Assembly (NCBI RefSeq): GCF_006345805.1
Contig: NW_021828776.1
Location: 1-7,940 of the forward strand
Length of the DNA: 7,940 bases
Direction: 5' to 3'
Source: Octopus sinensis
Lineage: Eukaryota
Part shown: positions 1-7,940 of the stretch, piece after piece
Layout: each line of letters starts with the position of its first letter
Position numbering within the stretch: position 1 is the stretch's first letter
Made by a program: the position numbers and the translations under genes
The notes under the pieces: generated by a model
What the model saw: the letters and a program-made list of their open reading frames with translations, nothing else
What the model was told of the DNA's origin: nothing
The model's database searches: none

Positions 1-989
1 AGAGGGGCGGGCGGGGGGGGGCGGGGGGCGCGAGAGAAGAAGGGCGGGCGGGGGGGGGGCGCAGCGCGAAGAAGAGGCCGGGCGGGGGGGGCGCAGCGCG
101 AGAAGAAGGCGGCGGGGGGGGGCGCGGCGCGAGAAGAAGGCGGGGGGGGGGGGGGGGCGCGGCGCGAGAAGAAGGCGGGAGGGGGGGGGGGCGCGGCGCG
201 AGAAGAAGGCGGGCGGGGGGGCGCGGCGCGAGAAGAAGGCGGGCGGGGGGGGGGCGGGGCGCGAGAAGAGGCGGGGGGGGGGGGCGCGGCGCGAGAAGAA
301 GCGAAGGCGGGGGCGGGGCGGCGGGAGAAGAAGGAGCGGCGGGGGGGGGGGCGCGGCGCGAGATAAGGCGGGCGGGGGGGGGCGCACGCGAGAAGAAGGC
401 GGGCGGGGGGGGGGCCGGCGCGAGAAGAAGGCGGGAGGCGGGGGGGCGCGCTGCGCGAGAAGAAGGCGGGCGGGGGGGGGCGCGGCGCGAGAAGAAGCGG
501 GCGGGGGGGGGGGGCCGGGGCGAGAATAAGGCGGGGGGCGGGGGCGCGGCGCGAGAAGAAGGCGGGCGGGGGGGGGGCGCGGCGCGAGAAGAAGGCGGGG
601 CGGGGGGGGGCGCGGCGCGAGAAGAAGGCGGGCGGGGGGGGGGGGGCGCGCGCGAGAAGAGGCGGGAGGGGGGGGGCGCAGCGCGAGAAGAAGGCGGGGG
701 GGGGGGGGGCCGGCGCGAGAAGAGGCGGGCGGGGGGGGCGGGGGCGCGAGAAGAAGGCGGGCGGGGGGGGGGCCGGGGCGCGAGAAGAAGGCGGGCGGGG
801 GGGGGGCGGGGCGCGAGAAGAAGCGGCGGGGGGGGGGGGCGGCGCGAGAATAAGAAGGCGGGCGGGGGGGGGGCGCGGCGCGAGAAGAAGGCGGGCGGGG
901 GGGGGGCGCGAGAAGAGGCGGGCAGGGGGGGGGCGGGGCGCGAGAAGAAGGCGGGCGGCGGGGGGGGAGCGGCGCGAGAAAAGGCGGGC

Positions 990-1010
990 GGGGGGGGGGG
1001 GGGGGGGGGG
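990..1010 (+). repeat. Poly-G homopolymer (21 G)
   Basis: Direct count. The following CGCGGCG part of the core is largely missing. Confidence 0.9.
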
Positions 1011-4000
1011 CGAGAGAAAGAAGGCGGGCGGGGGGGGGCGCTGGGCCGCAAGAGAAGGCGGGCGGGGGGGGGGGCGCAGCGCGAGAAGAGGCGGAGGGGG
1101 GGGCGCTGGCGCGAGAAGAAGGCGGGCGGGTGGGGGCGCGGCGCGAAGAAGCGGCGGGGGGGGCGGGCGCGAGAAGAAGGCGGGCGGGGGGGGGGCGCAG
1201 CGCGAGAAGAAGGCGGGCGGGGGGGGGGGCGGGCGCGGAAGAAGGCGGGCGGCGGGGGGGGGCCGGCGCGAGAAGAAGGCGGGGGGCGGGGGGCGGGCGC
1301 GAAAGAAGGCGGAGGCGGGGGGCGGGGCGCGAGGAATGCGGGCAGGGGGGGGCGGGCTCGAGAAAAGGCTGGCGGGGGGGGCGCGGCGCGAGAAGAAGGC
1401 GGGCGGGGGGGGGCGGGCGCGAGAAGAAGCGGGCGGGGGGGGGGCCGCGCGAGAAGAAGGGGGGCGGGGGGGGGCGCGGCGCGAGAGAAGGCGGCGGGGG
1501 GGGGGGCGCAGCGCGAGAAGAGGCGGCGGGGGGGGGGGGGGCGCGCGCGAGAAGAAGGAGGGCGGGGGGGGGGGGCGCGCGAGAAAGAAGGCGGGCGGGG
1601 GGGGGCGCGGGCGCGAGAAGAAGGCGACGCGGGGGGGGGCGGGGCGCGAGAAGAATCGGCGGGGGGGGCGGGGGGCGCGAGAAGAAGGCGGGGCGGGGGG
1701 GGCGGGGGCGCGAGAAGAAGGCGGCGGGGGGGGGCCCGCGGCGCGAGAAGAACGGCGGGCGGGGGGGGGGCGCGGCGCGATAGAAGGCGGGCGGGGGGGG
1801 CGCGGCGCGAGAAGAGGGCGCGGGGGGGGCGCGGGGCCTCGAGAAGAAGGCGGGCGGGGGGGGGCGCGGCGCGAGAAGAAGGCGGAGGGGGGGGGGGGCG
1901 CGGGCGCGAGAAGAGGCGGGCGGGGGGCGCGGCGCGAGAAGAAGGGGGCGGGGGGGGGGGGCGCGGCGCGAAAAGAAGGCGGGCGGGGGGGGCGCGGCGC
2001 GAGAAGAAGGCGGGCGGGGGGGGCGGGCGCGAGAAGAAGGGGGGCGGGGGGGGGCGCGGCGCGAGAAGAAGGCGGGCGGGGGGGGGGGCGCGCGAGAAGA
2101 AGGCGGGCGGGGGGGGGGGCGCGGCGCGAGAAGAAGGCGGGAGGGGGGGGGGCGCAGGCGCGGAGAAGGCGGGAGGGGGGGGCGCGGCGCGAGAAGAAGG
2201 CGGGCGGGGGGGGGGGGGGCGCGCGAGAAGAAGGCGGGCGGGGGGGGGGGGGCGCATCGCGAGAAGAAGGCGGGGGGGGGGGGCGCGGCGCGAGAAGCGG
2301 GCGGGGGGGGGGCCGGCGCGAGAAGAAGGCGGCGGGGGGGGGGCGCGGCGCGAGAAGAAGGCGTGCGGGGGGGGGGGGGGCGCGCGCGCTAGAAGAATGC
2401 GGGCGGGGGGGGCGCGGCGCGAGAAGAAGGCGGGAGGCGGGGGCGCGGCGCGAGAAGAAGGCGGGCGGGGGGGGGCGCGGCGCGAGAAGAAGGCGGGCGG
2501 GGGGGGCGGCGCGCGAGAAGAAGGCGGGCGGGGGGGGGCGCGGCGCGAGAAGAAGGCGGAGGGGGGGGGGGGCGCGGCGCGAGAAGAAGGCGGGCGGGGG
2601 GGGCGCCGGCGCGGAGAAGAAGGCGGGCGGGGGGGGGGGGGGGGCGCTCGCGGCGCGAGAAGAAGGCGGGCGGGGGGGGGCGCGGCGCGAGAAGAAGGCG
2701 GGCGGGGGGGGGGGCGCGGCGCGAGAAGAAGCGGGAGGCGGGGGGCGCGGCGCGAGAAGAAGGCGGGAGGGGGGGGGGCGCGCGCGAGAAGAGGCGGGCG
2801 GGGGGGGGCGCGGCGCGCGAGAAGAAGGCGGGCGGGGGGGGGGCGCAGCGCGAAGAGGCGGGGGGGGGGGGGCGCGGCGCGAGAAGAAGGCGGGAGGCGG
2901 GGGGCGCGGCGCGAGAAGAAGGCGGGCGGGGGGGGGGCCGGCGCGAGAAGAAGGCGGGCGGGGGGGGGGCGCAGCGCGAGAAGAAGGCGGGCGGGGGGGG
3001 GGGCGCGGCGCGAGAAGAAGGCGGGGGGGGGGGGGCGCGGCGCGAGAAGAGGCGGGCGGGGGGGGCGGGGGCGAGAAGAAGGGCGGGCGGGGGGGGGCGC
3101 GCGCGCGAGAAGAAGCGGCGGGGGGGGGCGCAGCGCGAGAAGGGGCGGCGGGGGGGGGGGGCGCGGCGCGAGAAGAGGGCGGGCGGGGGGGGGGCGCGGC
3201 GCGAGAAGAAGGCGGGCGGGGGGGGGCGCGCGCGAGAGAAGGCGGGCGGCGGGGGGGCGGGGCGCGAAAGAAGGCGGGCGCGGGGGGGGGGGGCGCGCGC
3301 GAAAGAAGGCGGGCGGGGGGGGGGGGCGGGGCGAGAAGAAGCGGGCGGGGGGGGGGGGGCGGGGGCGCGAGAAGAAGGCGGGCGGGGGGGGGGGCGCGGC
3401 GCGAGAAGAGGGGCGGGGGGGGGGGGGGGCGGGGCGCGAGAAGAGAAGGGGCGTGGGGGGGCGCGGCGCGAGAAGAAGGCGGGCGGGGGGGGGGCGCAGC
3501 GCGAGAAGAAGCGGCGGGGGGGGGGCGCGGGCGAGAAGAAGGCGGGAGGCGGGGGGGCGCGGCGCGAGAAGAAGGCGGGCGGGGGGGGCCGCGGCGCGAG
3601 AAAAGGCGGGCGGGGGGGGGCGCGGCGCGAGAAAAGAAGCGGGCGGGGGGGGCGCGCGCGCGAGAAGAAGGCGGGAGGCGGGGGGGCGCGGCGCGAGAAG
3701 AGGGCCGGGCGGGGGGGGGCGCGCGCGAGAAGAAGGCGGGCGGGGGGGGGGCGCGGCGCGAGAAGAAGGCGGGCGGGGGGGGGCGCGGCGCGAGAAGAGG
3801 GCGGAGGCGGGGGGCGCGCGCGAGAAGAAGGCGGGAGGGGGGGGGGCGCGGCGCGAGAAGAAGGCGGGCGGGGGGGGGGGCGCGGCGCGAGAAGAAGGCG
3901 GGCGGGGGGGGGGGCGCAGCGCGAGAAGAAGGCGGGCGGGGGGGGGGCGGGGGCGCGAGAAGAAGGCGGGCGGGGGGGGGGGCGCGGCGCGAGAAGAAGG

Positions 4001-4134
4001 CGGAGGGGGGGGGGCGCGGCGCGAGAAGAAGGCGGGCGGGGGGGGGGGGGCGCGGCGCGAGAAAAGGCGGGCGGGGGGGGGGGCGCGGCGCGAGAAGAAG
4101 GCGGGCGGGGGGGGGCGCGGCGCGAGAAGAAGGC

Positions 4135-4158
4135 GGGGGGGGGGGGGGGGGGGGGGGG
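4135..4158 (+). repeat. Poly-G homopolymer (24 G), the longest run noticed
   Basis: Direct count: 6 G at 4135-4140 plus 18 G at 4141-4158. It replaces the GGGC(G)n part of a unit. Confidence 0.9.
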
Positions 4159-5749
4159 CCGGCGGCTAGAAGAAGGCGGGGCGGGGGGGGGCGGGCGCGA
4201 GAAGAAGGGGGGCGGGCGGGGGGGGGGCGCGGCGCGAGAAGAAGCGGGGCGGGGGGGGGGCGCGCGCGAGAAGAAGCGGGCGGGGGGGGGGCGCGGCGCG
4301 AGAAGAAGGCGGCGGGGGGGGGGGGCGCAGCGCGAGAAGAAGCGGGCGGGGGGGGGGCGCGGCGCGAGAAGAAGGCGGGCGGGGGGGGGGCGGGGCGCGA
4401 GAAGAAGGCGGGCGGGGGGGGGGGGCGCGGCGCGAAAGAAGGCGGGAGGCGGGGGGGGCGGGCGCGAGAAGAAGACGGGCGGGGGGGGCGGGGCGCGAGA
4501 AGAAGGCGGGCGGGGGGGGGGCGCGCGGCGCGAGAAGAAGGCGGGCGGGGGGGGGCGCGGCGCGAGAGAAGAAGGCTGCGGGGGGGGGGGGGGGCTCAGC
4601 GCGAAAGAAGGCGGGCGGGGGGGGGGGCCGCGGCGCGAGAAGAAGGCGGGCGGGGTGGGGGGGGGGGCGCGGAGAAACGCGGGCGGGGGGGGGGGCGCGG
4701 CGCGAGAAGAAGGCGGGCGGGGGGGGGGCGCGTCGCGGAGAAGAAGGGGGAGGGGGGGCGGGGCGCGAGAAAAAGCGGGCGGGGTGGGGCGCGGCGCGAG
4801 AAGGGCGGGCGGCGGGGGGGGCGCGGCGCGAGAAGAAGGCGGGCGGGGGGGGCGCGTCGCGAGAAGAAGGCGGGCGGGGGGGGTGCGGGGCGGAGAAGAA
4901 GGCGGGCGGGGGGGGGCGCGGCGCGAGAAGAAGGCGGCGGGGGGGGGGCGCGGCGCGAGAAGAAGCGGGCGGGGGGGGGGGCGCGGCGCGAGAAGAAGGC
5001 GGGCGGGGGGGGGGCCGGCGCGAGAGAAGGCGGGCGGGGGGGGGGGCGGCGCGAGAAGAGGCGGGCGGGGGGGGGGGCGCGGCGCGAGAAGAAGGCGGGC
5101 GGGGGGGGGGCGCGGCGCGAGAAGAAGGCGAGGCGGGGGGGGGCGCGAGAAGAAGGCGGGCGGGGGGGGCGCGGCGCGAGAAGAAGGCGGGCGCGGGGGG
5201 GGGGGGGGCGCGAGAAGCGGAGGGCGGGGGGGGGGCGCGGCGCGAGAAGAAGGCGGGCGGGGGGGGGGCGCGCGCGCGCGAGAAGAAGGCGGGGCGGGGG
5301 GGGGCGCGCGCGAGAAGAAGGCGGGGGGGGGGGCGGGGCGCGAGAAGAATGCGGGAGGGGGGGGGCGCAGCGCGAGAAGAAGGCGGGCGGGGGGGGGGGG
5401 GGGCGGCGCGAGAAGAAGGCGGGCCGGGGGGGGGCGCGGCGCGAGAAGAAGGCGGGCTGGGGGGGGCGCGGCGCGAGAAGAAGCGGAGGGGGGGGGGGGC
5501 GGTTCGCGAAAGAAGGCGGGCGGGGGGGGGGCGCGGCGCGAGAAGAAGGCGTGCGGTGGGGGGGCGCGGCGCGAAGAAGGCGGGCGGGGGGGGCTCAGCG
5601 CGAGAGAAGGCGGGCGGGGGGGGGGGGCGCAGCGCGAGAAGAAGCGGGCGGGGGGGGGGCCGGCGCGCATAAGAAGGCGGCGGGGGGGGGGCGCGGCGCG
5701 AGAAGAAGGCGGGGGGGGGGGGGCGCGGCTCGAGAAGAAGGCGGGCGGA

Positions 5750-6100
5750 GTCGGGGGGGGGGCGGGCGCAGAGAAGAAACGGCGGGGGCGGGCGGGGGGG
5801 CGCGGCGGGGCCGCGAGAAGAAGGGGGCTGGCGGGGTGGGGGGGGGTGCGGGGGGGGGCCGAGCGGGGGGGAGGGCGCGCGGGGCGGGGGGCGGGGGGGC
5901 GCGGCGCGAGAAGAAGGCGGGCGGGGGGGGGGCGCCGAGCGCGCGAAGATCGGGCGGGGGGGGGGGGGGGCGCGGGGGTGCGCGAGAAAAGGCGGAGGCG
6001 GGGGGGAGGTGCGCGAAAGAAGGCGGGCGGGGGGGGGGGTGCGCGCGCAGCGAGAACGAAGAAAGCGGGGGGGGCGCGGGCGGGGCTGAGAGAAAGGCGG
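5750..6100 (+). repeat. Degenerate segment of the array
   Basis: The AGAAGAA core is missing between about 5823 and 5908. About 9 T substitutions fall in 350 bp, and cores are distorted (AGAAGAAACGG, GAAGATCGG, GAGAACGAAGAAAG). Confidence 0.75.
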
Positions 6101-6717
6101 GAGGGGGGGGGGGCGCGGCGCGAGAAGAAGGCGGGCGGGGGGGCGCGGCGCGAGAAGAAGCGGGCGGCGGGGGGGCGCACGCGAGAAGAAGGCGGCGGGG
6201 AGGGGGGGGCGCGGCGCGAGAAAAAGGGTGAGGGGGGGGGGGCGCGCGCGAGAATGGCGGGCGGGGGGGGGCGGGCGCGAGAAGAAGGCGGGCGGGGGGG
6301 GCGCGGCGCGAGAAGAAGGCGGGCGGGGGGGGGGCGCGGCGCGAGAAGAAGGCGGGGGGGGGGGGGGCGCAGCGCGAGAAGAAGGCGGCGGGGGGGCGGC
6401 GCGCGAAGAAGGCGGGCGGGGGGGGGGCGCGCGGCCCGAGAGAAGGCGGGCGGGGGGGGGGGGCAGCGCGAGAAGAAGCGGGCGGGGGGGGGGCCGGCGC
6501 GAGAAGAAGGCGCGGCGGGGGGGGGGCGCGCAGCGCGAGAAGAAGTCGGGCGGGGGGGGGGGGGGCGCGCGCGAGAAGAGGCGGGCCGGGGGGGGCGCGG
6601 CGCGAGAAGAAGGCGGGCGGGGGGGGGGGGGCGCACGCGAGAAGAAGGCGGGCGGGGGGGGGCGGGGCGCGAGAAGAATGCGGGCGGGGGGGGGGCGCGG
6701 CGCGAGAAGAAGCGGGC

Positions 6718-6736
6718 GGGGGGGGGGGGGGGGGGG
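6718..6736 (+). repeat. Poly-G homopolymer (19 G)
   Basis: Direct count between GCGGGC and an intact CGCGGCGCG. Confidence 0.9.
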
Positions 6737-7940
6737 CGCGGCGCGAGAGAAGGCGGGCGGGGGGGGGGCGGGGCGGCGCGCGAGAAGAAGGCGGGCGGGG
6801 GGGGGCGCAGCGCGAGAAGAAGGCGGAAAGGGGGGGGGGCGCGGCGCGAGAAGAAGGCGGGCGGGGGGGGGGCGCAGCGCGAGAAGAAGGGGGCGGGGGG
6901 GGGGGCGCGAGAGAATCGGGCGGGGGGGGGGGCGCAGCGCGAGAAGAAGGCGGGCGGGGGGGGGGGGGGCGCGAGAAGAAGGCGGGCGGGGGGGGGGCGG
7001 CGGCGCGAGAAGAAGGCTGCAGGCGGGGGGGGCGGGGGCTGGAAGAAGATGGGGGGGGGGGGGGCGGGCGCGAGAAGAAGGCGGGCGGGGGGGGGCGGGC
7101 GCGAGAAGAAGGCGGGCGGCGGGGGGGGGCGCAGCGCGAGAAGAAGGCGGGCTGGGGGGGGGGGGCTGGGCGGGCCGCTAGAAGAAGGCGGGCGGGGGGG
7201 GGGGCGCGGCGCGAAGAAGGCGGGCGGGGGGGGGGGCGCAGCGCGAGAAGAAGTCGGGCGGGGGGGGGGGCGCGGCGCGAGAAGAAGGCGGGAGGCGGGG
7301 GGAGGGGTCGCGAGAAGAAGGCGAGCGGGGGGGGGCGCGGGCCGAGAAGAAGGCGGGAGGCGGGGGGGCGGGGCGCGAGAAGAAGGCGGGCGGGGGGGGG
7401 TGCGGGCGCGAGAAGAAGCGGGCCGGGGGGGGGGCGCAGCGCGAGAAGAGGCGGCGGGGGGGGGGGGGCGGGGCGCGAGAAGAATTAGGGCGGGGGGGGG
7501 GCCGCGCGAGAAGAAGGCGGGGGGGGGGGGCGCTGCGCGAGAAGAAGGCGAAGGCGGGGGCCGGCGCGAGAAGAAGCGGGCGGGGGGGGGCGCGGCGCGA
7601 GAAGAAGGCGGGCGGGGGGGGGCGCAGCGCGAGAAGAAGGCGGGCGGGGGGGGGGGCGCGGCGCGAGAAGAAGGGGGAGGCGGGGGCGCGGCGCGAGAAG
7701 AAGGCGGCGGGGGGGGGGCGGGCGCGCGAGAAGAAGGCGGGCGGGGGGGGGGCGCAGCGCGCGAGAAAAGGCGGGCGGGGGGGGGGGGGCGCGGCGCGAG
7801 AAGAAGGCGGGAGGCGGGGGCGCGGCGCGAGAAGAGGCGGAGGGGGGGGGGCGGGGCGCGCGCGCTCGAGAGAAGGCGGGGGGGGGGGGGCGCGGCGCGA
7901 GAAGAGCGGGCGGGGGGGGGGGGCGCAGCGCGAGAAGAAG

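Larger units (their letters stand above)
1..7940 (+). repeat. G-rich tandem repeat array (minisatellite/satellite-like), unit CGCGGCGCGAGAAGAAGGCGGGC(G)n, ~33 bp, ~240 copies, incomplete at both window ends
   Basis: The AGAAGAA core recurs about every 32-33 bp (18-19 cores counted in the first 600 bp; 7940/33 is about 240). Clean examples are at 192-221 and in the 2880-3020 and 3720-4130 regions. All copies have the same orientation, with no inversion and no unique insert. Confidence 0.98.
1..7940 (+). other. Continuous potential G-quadruplex-forming strand (+) and C-tract/i-motif-prone strand (-)
   Basis: Each unit has a GGG tract and a G7-13 tract separated by one C, so any two adjacent units satisfy a four-G-tract pattern. 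This is a sequence motif only; folding is not demonstrated. Confidence 0.7.

Noticed and set aside
5268-5281. Z-DNA-forming (CG)n tracts (also near 2381, 3098, 3654 and 7856)
   Set aside because: They are only about 10-13 bp long, sporadic, and explained by loss of one G from CGCGGCGCG.
1336-6231. 1631-aa + strand ORF (Gly/Arg/Ala/Glu/Lys-rich)
   Set aside because: It is open only because T is almost absent. The ATG (1336) and TGA (6229) come from singleton substitutions. The translation keeps switching among the three repeat phases, and no RBS, domain or non-repeat segment is present.
2389-6636. 1415-aa - strand Pro-rich ORF resembling extensin or viral Pro-rich proteins
   Set aside because: It is the mirror consequence of the same composition, since the - strand almost lacks A. 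The GTG start and TAG stop are isolated variants, and the frame is not conserved between units.
1130-7181. Remaining + ORFs (1130-1783, 2397-4169, 5349-5672, 6228-7181)
   Set aside because: They overlap each other in different frames of the same repeat, and their boundaries are set by sporadic T substitutions.
430-7927. Higher-order repeat periodicity
   Set aside because: Spacings between the diagnostic variants are irregular by eye. A formal monomer-level autocorrelation was not run.
1-7940. CRISPR array (constant ~23-bp repeat plus variable interval)
   Set aside because: The intervals are short G homopolymers rather than unique 25-45 bp spacers. No leader or cas gene is present, and there is no typical repeat terminus.
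1-7940. PE-PGRS, collagen-like or glycine-rich protein gene
   Set aside because: There is no GGN-GGN-NNN or Gly-X-Y codon periodicity and no unique N-terminal domain, and indels are not multiples of three.
1-7940. Canonical telomere repeat (TTAGGG-type) or a named herpesvirus/anellovirus GC-rich reiteration
   Set aside because: The unit has no T and matches no repeat I can recognise with confidence. A database search would be needed.
1-7940. Pure poly-G artefact of two-colour short-read chemistry
   Set aside because: The G runs alternate regularly with a conserved 23-bp core over 8 kb, which signal dropout alone would not produce.
1-7940. Promoters, terminators, tRNA or rRNA
   Set aside because: There are no AT-rich elements, U-tracts or unique structured sequence. 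The GGGCGG GC-box-like and AGAAGG/GGAGG Shine-Dalgarno-like words are incidental to the repeat composition.

Overview
The whole 7,940-bp window is one uninterrupted head-to-tail tandem array of roughly 240 copies of a ~30-36 bp unit. The unit is a conserved 23-bp core, CGCGGCGCGAGAAGAAGGCGGGC, followed by a variable G run (usually about 7-13 G, often 9-11 in the cleanest copies, giving ~33 bp). The array runs off both ends of the window. A 33-bp consensus unit is about 67% G, 18% C, 15% A and 0% T; by hand I count only about 63 T in the window. No unique sequence, real gene, RNA gene, mobile element or CRISPR spacer is visible. The six ORFs in the track arise because a T-free strand, and its A-free-equivalent logic on the other strand (a T-only, A-free complement), cannot contain stop codons. 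Copy-to-copy differences are mostly small indels that resemble noisy long-read error, but two recurrent variants look non-random. The source organism and whether the array is genomic, enzymatically synthesised or an artefact cannot be determined from this window.
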